64,000 nt of DNA from an uncultured Alphaproteobacteria bacterium (GTDB lineage: Bacteria; Pseudomonadota; Alphaproteobacteria; UBA3830; CAYLKK01). Location: NCBI GenBank assembly GCA_964566185.1, contig CAZMHS010000003.1, forward strand, positions 1,208-65,207, given 5' to 3'. Both the position numbers and the translations under genes were made by a program. Below the pieces are notes generated by a model that was not told where the DNA came from, did no database searches, and saw only the letters and a list, made by a program, of their open reading frames with translations. Shown in pieces: positions 48,454 to 57,861 of this stretch. The first letter of the stretch is position 1, and each line of letters starts with the position of its first letter.

Positions 48454-51137
48454 CGTTCACACAAATCTTTACCATTAATATCGAAAAACTTCCAACAACG
48501 TTCGCACTTCGTGCCATCAAACTTTTCAACAATTACATCCAATTCATTGGAACCTTTCTCGACAACAATTCTCGATGCTATACATACCTCTTCCAATATG
48601 TCTGGTAATTCCTGTAATTCTGTATGTTTATTCGTCCTCAGGATCACAGATGCTTCTAAACTCGAACCTATAATTTTTTGCTGTCTAGCTAATTCTAATT
48701 TGTCGTTGATATGTTTTCTTATGTCTTTGATCAAATTCATAGTGCTCGCGACTTGTTCATTATTCCAAAGTTCACTTGGTTGTAGGTAATACTGCAAATG
48801 TACGCTACAATCTGAGCCATACAACGTACACCATGCTTCATCTGATGTAAACACGAGTATTGGAGCAATCCATCTAACAACATAATCAAATACATTCTTT
48901 AGAACAAACAAGTATGACATCCTACGTTTATCAGACACTGAATCACAGTACAATCTGTCTTTTCTGATATCAAAGAAGAAAGACGACAATTCATTTGTGC
49001 AAAAATTTATGACCTTTCCGAGATACGAATTGATGTCGTACCGATTAACTGTTCGCATCAATTCTTCATTCAATACGTACATACTATGCAAAATATATTT
49101 TTCTAACATAGGTAGATCATCATAATGCATATCTTTTACTTCAGATTTACATAAAACACCCAGCATATACCTTAAAGTGTTACGTATTTTTTTGTAATTC
49201 TCTTGGTGCTGCTTTAGGATATTATCACCTAGTCTCAAATCCCCTGTAAAATCACTACCAGCCACCCATAGTCTAAAGACATCAGCGCCAACTTTATCTA
49301 TCAATGCTGGTAAATCAACTGTATTACCAAGAGACTTCGACATCTTATACCCACGTTCATCCATAACAAAACCGTGCGTAAGAACAGATTTAAACGGAGC
49401 TCTTCCATTTATTTTGCATCCAACTAATATTGAATGCTGGAACCAACCTCTATGTTGATCTGAGCCTTCTAAATATAGATCAGCTATATCATCCAACTCA
49501 TCGCTATCTTGCAACACGAATACACTCGACGATGAACTTTCAAACCATACATCTACTATATCCATGGATTGTATATAATCATCAGGATCGTATTCATCTC
49601 CAAGAAAATCTTCAGCCTTTCTTGAATACCAAGCACCAGCCCCTTCTTTCTCGAAAATATCGACGATACGATTTATTACATTCTCATCACGCAACGGTTC
49701 CAACGTAGATTTATTCACGAAAATCGGCAATGGCGTTCCCCAAGACCTCTGTCTAGAGATACACCAATCTCCTCTATTTTCGATGAACGACTTGATTCGT
49801 TGATACCCCTGCGACGGTAACCACTCCACATGTTTTATCTCGTCTAACGCCCGTTTTCTTAAATTAGAATTATCTAAACTTATGAACCACTGAGGAGTCG
49901 TCATAAATATGAGCGGAGATTTCGAACGCCATGAGTGAGGATAACTATGCGTTATCTTTGACTTTGCTAATATACTATCTTCATGATCAAGAGCATCGAT
50001 AACGGCAGACTCATCCTTGAATATATGCTTCCCGGCAAATAACGGAACGTCTTCACAATAATGTCCGTCTGGAGTGATAACATTTGGAACCTGTATTCCG
50101 TACTTTTTACATACGTTATAATCATCAACTCCATGTCCAGGAGCTGTATGTACAAAGCCAGTACCTGTATCCAACGTTACATGCTCTCCCTCAAGCATTG
50201 GTACTTTAAAACTATATCCGCTTCGAAACAAAGGATGCCGACATACAGTGTTACACAATTCATGCCCAACAACTTCTGCAATAACCTCATAATCTACATT
50301 ACTTAGCAACGGTATGAAATTATGTAGTCTATCGGCAGCAACAACATATTTTCTATCTCCAACCACGTCTACAACTACGTACGTTGCATCACGCGAATAG
50401 CTGATAGCTCTGTTAGCAGGAATCGTCCATGGAGTTGTCGTCCATATTACGATATATGTATTACGCAATACATCAATATCTGTTGAATCCACGCCAAATA
50501 AAACATACAAGCTTGTCGACACTTTATCTGCATATTCTATTTCCGCATCCGCCAGAGCCGTTTGTTCAACTACTGACCAATATACAGGCTTTTCTCCAGA
50601 GTAAATACTGCCATCCAACAGGAACTTCCCAAGCAATTTTGCGACAGTTGCCTCTGCATGCTTGTCCATTGTTAGGTACGGATTATCCCAATCACCAAGA
50701 GTTCCGAGACGTTTAAAACCTGTTTTCTGCACTCTTATCCAGTGCTGCGCAAACGACGCACACATCTCTCTTAAGTCGTTTACAGATGCATCACTCCTGT
50801 TACTTGTCTTCAACGACTCAGCAACTTTCCACTCTATAGGCAAGCCATGACAATCCCATCCTGGGATAAATGGTGCATAATAACCTTGCATCCATTTCAT
50901 TCTGAGGATAATATCTTTCAGTACTCTATTTAACGATGTACCTGCATGTGGAACGCCATTCGCAAACGGCGGGCCGTCATGAAGCGTAAACCGCTTCTTT
51001 TTATCAGACATATCACAACGCTTATGATAAATATCTTTTCTTTCCCACTCAGCGAGAATAACAGGTTCTCTTTCAGGAAGATTCGCCCTCATAGGAAACG
51101 AAGTATGTGGTAAAAATATCGTGTCTTTATAATTCAT
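48429..51137 (-). CDS. ileS: Isoleucyl-tRNA synthetase (bacterial type 1)
   Basis: HIGH region PFANGVPHAG, KMSKSLGN, CP1 editing insertion, C-terminal zinc finger CERCWKF...CERC. 902 aa. Confidence 0.95.
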   Translation of the reverse strand: MNYKDTIFLPHTSFPMRANLPEREPVILAEWERKDIYHKRCDMSDKKKRFTLHDGPPFANGVPHAGTSLNRVLKDIILRMKWMQGYYAPFIPGWDCHGLPIEWKVAESLKTSNRSDASVNDLREMCASFAQHWIRVQKTGFKRLGTLGDWDNPYLTMDKHAEATVAKLLGKFLLDGSIYSGEKPVYWSVVEQTALADAEIEYADKVSTSLYVLFGVDSTDIDVLRNTYIVIWTTTPWTIPANRAISYSRDATYVVVDVVGDRKYVVAADRLHNFIPLLSNVDYEVIAEVVGHELCNTVCRHPLFRSGYSFKVPMLEGEHVTLDTGTGFVHTAPGHGVDDYNVCKKYGIQVPNVITPDGHYCEDVPLFAGKHIFKDESAVIDALDHEDSILAKSKITHSYPHSWRSKSPLIFMTTPQWFISLDNSNLRKRALDEIKHVEWLPSQGYQRIKSFIENRGDWCISRQRSWGTPLPIFVNKSTLEPLRDENVINRIVDIFEKEGAGAWYSRKAEDFLGDEYDPDDYIQSMDIVDVWFESSSSSVFVLQDSDELDDIADLYLEGSDQHRGWFQHSILVGCKINGRAPFKSVLTHGFVMDERGYKMSKSLGNTVDLPALIDKVGADVFRLWVAGSDFTGDLRLGDNILKQHQENYKKIRNTLRYMLGVLCKSEVKDMHYDDLPMLEKYILHSMYVLNEELMRTVNRYDINSYLGKVINFCTNELSSFFFDIRKDRLYCDSVSDKRRMSYLFVLKNVFDYVVRWIAPILVFTSDEAWCTLYGSDCSVHLQYYLQPSELWNNEQVASTMNLIKDIRKHINDKLELARQQKIIGSSLEASVILRTNKHTELQELPDILEEVCIASRIVVEKGSNELDVIVEKFDGTKCERCWKFFDINGKDLCERCMSILNS

Positions 51138-51143
51138 GGTACG

Positions 51144-52808
51144 TCATCTTACATTAATAATGTGGACTATTACAGTAGGGTGCAATCCCCTCTCATTTGC
51201 GATTACATCTTTTATGATTTTTGTCGCTGTTTTCTCAATAACATTATCGTGCATATCGTCATTGCTACAATTCGCAGCAATACTAGCAACTATATCAGAT
51301 ATGATTTGTTGCTTTTCTTCACGCTCAGTCTTTTCAAAAATGCCGACAAATGATATGTCATCACAGTTTACAGATTTCTTTTTTTTGTTTACCGTTAAAG
51401 ATGCAACCACAACGCCAGATTCTAGCAAATCTCCACGTTCCTTTCGTATGTCACCATTTAACGGAACAAGTTGAATTCCGTCTACAAGAAGCGTATCAAC
51501 TTGCACAGAATCTTCAATTTCGAAATCATCTTTCTTTAGACGTATAACAGCACCTTCATGCGGAACTAATACATTTTTGATTCCATTTGAAGACGCTAAC
51601 ATCGCATGATTATGAAGATTCCCAATCTCACCATGAACAGGAATCAAACAATTCGGCCTTACAAGATCATACATCTTTACAAGCTCGGATGCGCTAGCAT
51701 GTCCTGACGCATGAAGCGTAGAATCCTCATCACTTATCACTTCTATTCCACGACTAATCAAAGCTCCCTGCAATGCAATAATAGCTTTTTCATTGCCAGG
51801 TATCGCTCTTGAAGAAAATATTACCTTATAACCACGTTTTAACTTAAATTCAGTATTTCTATCACTGTATGCCAACTTTGACAAAGCAGCCCCAGGCTCC
51901 CCCTGACTTCCAGTACAAACTAATAGAACATCCTTTGCGTCCATTTTCGCTGCTTGCCTCTCATTTAAAAACTGAGGAATGTCTTTTAAGTAACCGCAAG
52001 CCCTAGCAACTTTTTCTATCCTTCGTAGAGAACGCCCCATAATTGCCATCCGACGACCACTTTCTTTTGCAGCATAATAGCACGTTTCAAGCCTAGCTAC
52101 ATTTGACGCAAAACACGTTATTACCACGCCGTCGCCATCATACTTTTTTACAAGATTGATTAAATTTTCTCTTGTCAATGACTCACTTCCCATCGGTTCT
52201 TGTCTGTGTGCATTAGTCGATTCACACACAAAAGCAAGAACATCTTGCTCTCCAATTTTTTTGAAATCATCAATTGATGTAGAAGCCCCTAACACTGGTG
52301 AGTCATCAAAACGCCAATCACCAGAATGCAATATATTCCCGTATTGAGTCTTTATGAACAGCGAACATGCCTCCGGAGTTGAATGCGCAACAGGTATGTA
52401 CTGCACAGAAAAATCACCAACTTTTACATCACTATACGGAGAAACCTTAGAGCATGCCATATTTTTTACATCAAAATCACGCAACTTTTCCTTTAGCATT
52501 TCGCAGACAATAGGCATCGCATAAATTGGTGGCTTGTTCAGCAATGGCCATATGTAAGGGATTGCTCCAATATGATCTTCATGCATATGTGTGAGGAAAA
52601 TCCCCTTTATTTTATGCTTCATTTCAACCAAAACCGAAGGATCTGGCACTAAAACAGACCTATTCGAACCATCCAAAAACCCTATTCCCATGTCTACTAT
52701 GATTAAATTTCCATTAACAGAATATGCGCACAAGCTCATTCCGATGGAACACCCACCAAATGTAATCATGTGCAACCCTTTTAAATTTTTTAAACATTTA
52801 TTTTTCAT
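51144..52808 (-). CDS. rnj: Ribonuclease J (metallo-beta-lactamase/beta-CASP)
   Basis: HMHEDHIG, beta-CASP region, ..ASGHAS.. and PVHGE motifs. 554 aa. Confidence 0.88.
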   Translation of the reverse strand: MKNKCLKNLKGLHMITFGGCSIGMSLCAYSVNGNLIIVDMGIGFLDGSNRSVLVPDPSVLVEMKHKIKGIFLTHMHEDHIGAIPYIWPLLNKPPIYAMPIVCEMLKEKLRDFDVKNMACSKVSPYSDVKVGDFSVQYIPVAHSTPEACSLFIKTQYGNILHSGDWRFDDSPVLGASTSIDDFKKIGEQDVLAFVCESTNAHRQEPMGSESLTRENLINLVKKYDGDGVVITCFASNVARLETCYYAAKESGRRMAIMGRSLRRIEKVARACGYLKDIPQFLNERQAAKMDAKDVLLVCTGSQGEPGAALSKLAYSDRNTEFKLKRGYKVIFSSRAIPGNEKAIIALQGALISRGIEVISDEDSTLHASGHASASELVKMYDLVRPNCLIPVHGEIGNLHNHAMLASSNGIKNVLVPHEGAVIRLKKDDFEIEDSVQVDTLLVDGIQLVPLNGDIRKERGDLLESGVVVASLTVNKKKKSVNCDDISFVGIFEKTEREEKQQIISDIVASIAANCSNDDMHDNVIEKTATKIIKDVIANERGLHPTVIVHIINVR

Positions 52809-53086
52809 AGTATCTCTCTTGATAAACCTTTTAATCTACAGCAAAAAAAACATCAAGCATTTACGCGCAACCAACGGCCGTCTCAGGTATTGTATCACAA
52901 AAGCACTACGACTTCCAACACGTATCTTTAAACAGAACCATTTAGTCACGGAGTTCGAACATGTTTTATCGCAAATACGTTATATTCTACATATTAACTA
53001 GCAATTTAGTTTCTTATTCAATGCCGTTAACCTATTGTTAATTATTACTGTTGTATACATATCATAATATTTTTGTAGGGTTAAGT

Positions 53087-54259
53087 ATGGAACAGGTTGT
53101 TATAGTCTCTGCAGCTAGAACTCCGATGGGAGCGTTTTTAGGCAATTTTAAAAACCTAAGCGCGCCAAAATTGTGCGCTCAAGCGATCAATCGCTGTCTT
53201 AAAAATTATCATATCAACGATCGTATAGATCAAGTAATTATGGGATGCGTGTTATCCGCTGGCATTGGACAGTCGCCAGCTCGTCAGGCTTCTATTTACG
53301 CTGGTTTATCAGAAACTGTGCCAGCTACCAACATCAACAAAGTGTGCGGTTCTGGAATGTATGCTATTACAGCTGCTAAAAATGCAATTTTAGCTCACGA
53401 CAGTGACATTGTCATTGCTGGAGGCATGGAGAGCATGTCACAAGCACCTTATCTTTTGCAGAAATGTAGAACTGGATATAGGTTCGGACACGATAAACTT
53501 ATCGATCATATGGTCGTTGATGGGTTAGAAAACTCATTTGATGGACGACTAATGGGCGAATTAGCAGAAAAGGCCGCCGCTGAATATAATATTTCTCGCG
53601 ATGAGCAGGATGAATATGCAAAAAATTCTTTTGAGAAAGCGTTTTCCGCTAATGAATCTGGCTTAGTTAATAACGAAATTGCGCCAATAGAAGTTCGTGA
53701 AAAGAGACAGTCCATACTGATAGAAAAAGATGAACCACCGTTTAAGGTGAATTTGGACAAGATCTCAACGCTTAGACCAGCGTTTATGAGTAATGGAACT
53801 ATAACTGCCGCGTCATCAAGTTCAATTGCAGATGGAGCTGCAGCATTGCTAATGATGAGCGAAAGCAAAGCCGTTGAATTAAATTTAAATCCTATAGCTA
53901 GAATCGTCGCAACGACTTGTTATGCTCAATCGCCAGAATTATTTGCTACCGCGCCGATTGGTGCCATAAAACAAGTTTTGAGCAAGTCAGGATGGTCGAT
54001 AGGCGATGTTGATTTATTCGAAATTAACGAGGCTTTTGCAGTTGTCGCGATGTCAGCAATGAAAGAATTGAATATTAATGAAGAATATGTTAACATATAC
54101 GGAGGTGCTTGTGCACTAGGACACCCTCTTGGTGCTAGTGGCGCAAGGATAGTTGTTACTTTATTGAATGCTTTAAAAAATTCTGGGAAGAAAAAAGGGC
54201 TCGCTACGCTGTGTGTTGGCGGAGGTGAAGGGACGGCGTTAACAGTAGAAATGTTGTAA
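53087..54259 (+). CDS. Acetyl-CoA C-acetyltransferase (thiolase II)
   Basis: NKVCGSGM (active Cys), NEAFA, GGACALGHPLGASG, CVGGGEG. ATG 53087 (MEQVVIVSAARTP) preferred to TTG 53051. Confidence 0.92.
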   Translation: MEQVVIVSAARTPMGAFLGNFKNLSAPKLCAQAINRCLKNYHINDRIDQVIMGCVLSAGIGQSPARQASIYAGLSETVPATNINKVCGSGMYAITAAKNAILAHDSDIVIAGGMESMSQAPYLLQKCRTGYRFGHDKLIDHMVVDGLENSFDGRLMGELAEKAAAEYNISRDEQDEYAKNSFEKAFSANESGLVNNEIAPIEVREKRQSILIEKDEPPFKVNLDKISTLRPAFMSNGTITAASSSSIADGAAALLMMSESKAVELNLNPIARIVATTCYAQSPELFATAPIGAIKQVLSKSGWSIGDVDLFEINEAFAVVAMSAMKELNINEEYVNIYGGACALGHPLGASGARIVVTLLNALKNSGKKKGLATLCVGGGEGTALTVEML

Positions 54260-54301
54260 TGTTTTTATGCCATTAGTTGTTTTATTTCGTATGAGGTATT
54301 G

Positions 54302-55315
54302 ATGCAGGTATCAAAAAAACTATTTGATATGATGAAATGCGGCAGAGAGTTGTTAGGCTCTGATTACTCCATCATGTGTGGTGCTATGACCTGGATATCT
54401 GATCCTGGACTCGTATCTGCAGTTTCTAATGCTGGTGCGTTTGGCGTACTAGCTGGTGGAGCAATGAATTGTGAAGATTTATCGTGCTGCATCGCAAAAA
54501 CAAAAAAATTAACTACTAAGAATTTCGGCATAAATCTTATTCTTGCCCACCCGATGATTCATGAGCTGGTCGACGTGTGTGGAGAACACCGCGTTTCTCA
54601 CGTTATTTTTGCTGGAGGTATTCCGGAAAAAATTTTGGTGCAAAAAGTGCATGATTATGGAATAAAATGCATTGGTTTTGCGCCAAGCTTACCTATTGCT
54701 AAAAGGTTGTTAAAAAATGGAATTGATGGGTTAATCATTGAAGGCAGTGAAGCAGGAGGTCATATAGGTTCTGTTTCGACATTGGTATTAGTGCAGGAGA
54801 TACTTTTTGAGCTGCAAGGAAAACCTATTTTTGTAGCAGGCGGAATAGTTCGCGGTGAAATATTTGCCTCAATGCTTTTAATGGGAGCTTATGGGTGTCA
54901 AATGGGAAGTATTTTTGCATGCTGTAAAGAATCTGCTGCTCATGAAAAATTTAAAAATGCATTTTTCGCAGCAAATAGCCGAGATGCTGTCGTATCAGTT
55001 CAATTAGACAAGGCTTTTCCTGTTACAGCCGTAAGAGCGATTGAAAATAACGCATATCGCGAGTTTGCGAAAAGACAAAAGGAGGCGTTGTTTAAGCTTG
55101 AAAGTGGAGAGCTTAGTCTTGAAGATGCGAGATTATCGTTAGAGCATTTTTGGGCTGGCGCATTGCGAAGAGCCGTTATCGATGGTGATGTAGACAATGG
55201 TTCGGTTATGGCTGGACAATCTGTTGGTTTAATAAAAGAAGAACGCGGTGTATCTGACGTATTATCAAAAATAATGGCAGAAGCTAGTACCTTTTTAGAA
55301 AAATGTATACGTTAA
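54302..55315 (+). CDS. FMN-dependent nitronate monooxygenase / FabK-family oxidoreductase
   Basis: NMO/FabK TIM-barrel pattern: SDPGLVSAVSNAGAFGVL, IIEGSEAGGHIG, GGIVRGE...GAYGCQMGS. I cannot tell the exact activity (NMO versus enoyl-ACP reductase II) by eye. Confidence 0.8.
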   Translation: MQVSKKLFDMMKCGRELLGSDYSIMCGAMTWISDPGLVSAVSNAGAFGVLAGGAMNCEDLSCCIAKTKKLTTKNFGINLILAHPMIHELVDVCGEHRVSHVIFAGGIPEKILVQKVHDYGIKCIGFAPSLPIAKRLLKNGIDGLIIEGSEAGGHIGSVSTLVLVQEILFELQGKPIFVAGGIVRGEIFASMLLMGAYGCQMGSIFACCKESAAHEKFKNAFFAANSRDAVVSVQLDKAFPVTAVRAIENNAYREFAKRQKEALFKLESGELSLEDARLSLEHFWAGALRRAVIDGDVDNGSVMAGQSVGLIKEERGVSDVLSKIMAEASTFLEKCIR

Positions 55316-55653
55316 CATTAAAGCAATATAGAATTGATGTATTTTTAGGTGTTGATGAATGCGAACGCCAGAAGAAACAAAGTGTTTTTTGTGATATTTT
55401 TATTTATTTCGAAGATCGACCTCTCGCGTGTACTTCTGACAACTTATCCGATACTATTTGTTATGATGAGTTGTTGAAAATTATCTCTAATTCTGTTGGA
55501 GATCAGCAATTCAAATTAATCGAAAAACTCGCTAAGTTTATATTTGATATCATCAAAACGAATGTAAAATATAAACACAAACTATCTGTCACAATTTACA
55601 AACCAAACCCGAGACAAAAGCTAGGATGTGCAGTTTTTACAGTGTCAGATTAA
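55303..55653 (+). CDS. folB: Dihydroneopterin aldolase-like protein
   Basis: 116 aa with a FolB-like pattern (GV...ER...Q.....I......D.L.DTI.Y......I........KLIE.LA). 13-nt overlap with the upstream gene. Confidence 0.7.
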   Translation: MYTLTLKQYRIDVFLGVDECERQKKQSVFCDIFIYFEDRPLACTSDNLSDTICYDELLKIISNSVGDQQFKLIEKLAKFIFDIIKTNVKYKHKLSVTIYKPNPRQKLGCAVFTVSD

Positions 55654-55664
55654 CGATCGTACAC

Positions 55665-56426
55665 TTATGATGAAAACTGCTCAGCAATCATTTTTTCTTC
55701 AAGTAGCTTTATATCGTCCAATAAAAGCGTAATCGACTTAGATTTGTCGATAGCTATTTCTGCTGAAGAAATTCGTTGAAATTCGACGTAATCTGCTACG
55801 ACCTTTGTCGGACGCTTTATTGCGTTTAATACAGAAACAGATACCTTAGAGCTGTTTTTAATAATTGCACCTCCCCATCGTCTTGGTCTAAATGCACTGA
55901 TAGCAGACAGTGACAGCAATTCTGAATCTAACGGTAGTACTGGACCATGCGCTGAGTAGTTGTACGCTGTGCTACCAATTGGTGATGATATAATTAACCC
56001 ATCGCACATTAGTTCTTTTAAACGAACGACATTATCAATGCTTACGCGTAACTGCGACGTTTGGTTAGACTCTCTCATAAAATACACCTCATTGACAGCA
56101 ATTGATTCAAACTCTTTTCCATCAATATCTACACATTTCACAACGATTGGGTGTATTTTTAACGATTGAGCCTTTTTAAGCCTAGTTAACAAATCATCAA
56201 CATCAAAATTATTTGTTAGAAAGCCAAGGTTTCCCCTATTCATACCATATATAGGAATATTCTTACGATCTATATTTTCATGAAAAGCTCTGAGAACCAT
56301 CCCGTCACCAGAAAGCGACACTATAACATCTGCACTATCTAGGCTATGCTGTCCATAACGTTCTGTGAATATTTTATGAGCCGCACGAGATTTCCTTGTA
56401 CCGGACGTTAAAAAGTGTATTTTCAC
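55665..56426 (-). CDS. nadK: NAD kinase
   Basis: SLSGDGMVLRA (GDG motif), NRGNLGFLT, NEV, GSTAYNYSA. GTG start at 56426 with GGAG upstream. Confidence 0.9.
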   Translation of the reverse strand: MKIHFLTSGTRKSRAAHKIFTERYGQHSLDSADVIVSLSGDGMVLRAFHENIDRKNIPIYGMNRGNLGFLTNNFDVDDLLTRLKKAQSLKIHPIVVKCVDIDGKEFESIAVNEVYFMRESNQTSQLRVSIDNVVRLKELMCDGLIISSPIGSTAYNYSAHGPVLPLDSELLSLSAISAFRPRRWGGAIIKNSSKVSVSVLNAIKRPTKVVADYVEFQRISSAEIAIDKSKSITLLLDDIKLLEEKMIAEQFSS

Positions 56427-56642
56427 GTTCGAAACTCCAAATATTTATTATAAGTATATCAAAAATAAAAAGAATAAGTTATAGCTATATGTTAGGTATT
56501 ATTACCAAACTGAATAAAAAAATACATTTGTTCACAAAATAGACAATCGAATATATTCCACCAATTCGCTGAAAATCTTTTTTATATTCATACCTGATAA
56601 CATTTTTATAAAATAACTAAAAACATAAATAAAAATGTACTG

Positions 56643-57203
56643 TTATTTAAATTTATTGCGATATTTTTTTAGATTTTCTATCACGCTTTCTGGCATTTGC
56701 GTTAAAGTTAATTTTCTTTCATGTACTGTTATGTGTAAGTGCTTGATTTTTTCATGAACCTCATAGCGTCCAGACTTTCCCTTTTTTCCTCCGACATTAG
56801 AAAATATCATAATACTTACCGGGCGCACGCTTTTGTTATTATAACTAATCGTTATGTAGGGAGATATATAAGCCTTAGCTGGAAGTATCCACTCCATAAT
56901 TTTGATGAATTGTGAATGTGTCGCTTTAAGATCATCGATCATTTTGAAATATTCTTGTGCCTTTCTGTTTTTCAGATCATTTGCAAGTTCTTGATCGTAA
57001 ATAATTAACAGGTGGATTTTCGTTGGCATTCCAGTATTTGAAGTATATGATGTACTGAAGCACATACTTTCTAGCTCATAGTCTCTTTCTACCTGTCTGT
57101 TGGTTTTGCCTTTGAAAACGTTTCCAAGAAGAGACGTTACGACATTAAGAGCGTAACAATCAGAATACAGTATAAATGATAATATAAAATATAATGTTTT
57201 CAT
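56643..57203 (-). CDS. Hypothetical exported protein, 186 aa
   Basis: Signal-like MKTLYFILSFILYSDCYA, basic C-terminus, no domain I can name. Divergent from mucR across a very AT-rich spacer. Confidence 0.55.
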   Translation of the reverse strand: MKTLYFILSFILYSDCYALNVVTSLLGNVFKGKTNRQVERDYELESMCFSTSYTSNTGMPTKIHLLIIYDQELANDLKNRKAQEYFKMIDDLKATHSQFIKIMEWILPAKAYISPYITISYNNKSVRPVSIMIFSNVGGKKGKSGRYEVHEKIKHLHITVHERKLTLTQMPESVIENLKKYRNKFK

Positions 57204-57411
57204 CTCTTTAAAATCTTTTCTTTTATTTAATAATATTTCATCTTTATAAATAAAAAGTTAATACTAACTAAGTATTACTTGTATATTTATACGTAATATA
57301 ATTACTTTTATTTATATTATATGTTGTAATGTACTCAACGAAAGTTGTTGTTTTTTCAATCGTAGTAGTTTAAACTGTATGACATATTTTAGTGGTAATA
57401 TGGAGGATACG

Positions 57412-57861
57412 ATGAAAGAGCAGCTAAGTGATTCTGAAACAGAACAGCAGAGGTTAATAGAGTACACTGTAAGTATTGTGTTGTCATACTTAGCAAAACA
57501 CGAAGTCGTTTCTGAAGATTTGATTACTTTGTTACACGAAGTGTTTGAAGCTGTCTCAAGTATGAATTCTAAGTGCATGACAAAAAGTAAGGAACGCTGC
57601 CTCCCTGCTGTACCAATTGAAGAGTCCGTTTTTCAAGAGTATATCGTGTGCCTAGAAGATGGCAAAAAACTCAAAATGCTTAAAAGGCACTTGATGACTT
57701 CGTATGGAATGACCCCTGATGATTACAGAAAAAAATGGGGATTGCCTAACAATTATCCAATGGTTGCACCTGAATATGCAAGCAGGAGGAGTAGTTTAGC
57801 TCGAACTATAGGTCTTGGGAAAAGCCATTCGGTTAGCGATAGTTCATCTAAAACAAATTGA
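57412..57861 (+). CDS. mucR: Ros/MucR-family transcriptional regulator (variant zinc-site residues)
   Basis: CLEDGKKLKMLKRHLMTSYGMTPDDYRKKWGLPNNYPMVAPEYASRRSSLARTIGLG is collinear with the Ros/MucR core. ATG 57412 is preceded by GGAGG; the track ORF starts at 57379. Confidence 0.85.
   Translation: MKEQLSDSETEQQRLIEYTVSIVLSYLAKHEVVSEDLITLLHEVFEAVSSMNSKCMTKSKERCLPAVPIEESVFQEYIVCLEDGKKLKMLKRHLMTSYGMTPDDYRKKWGLPNNYPMVAPEYASRRSSLARTIGLGKSHSVSDSSSKTN

Noticed and set aside
56643-57203. A possible resemblance of the 186-aa exported protein to small secretion-system lipoproteins (TssJ-like).
   Set aside because: The resemblance rests only on size and a vague hydrophobic/charged pattern. There is no lipobox Cys at the right position and no secretion-system genes in the window.
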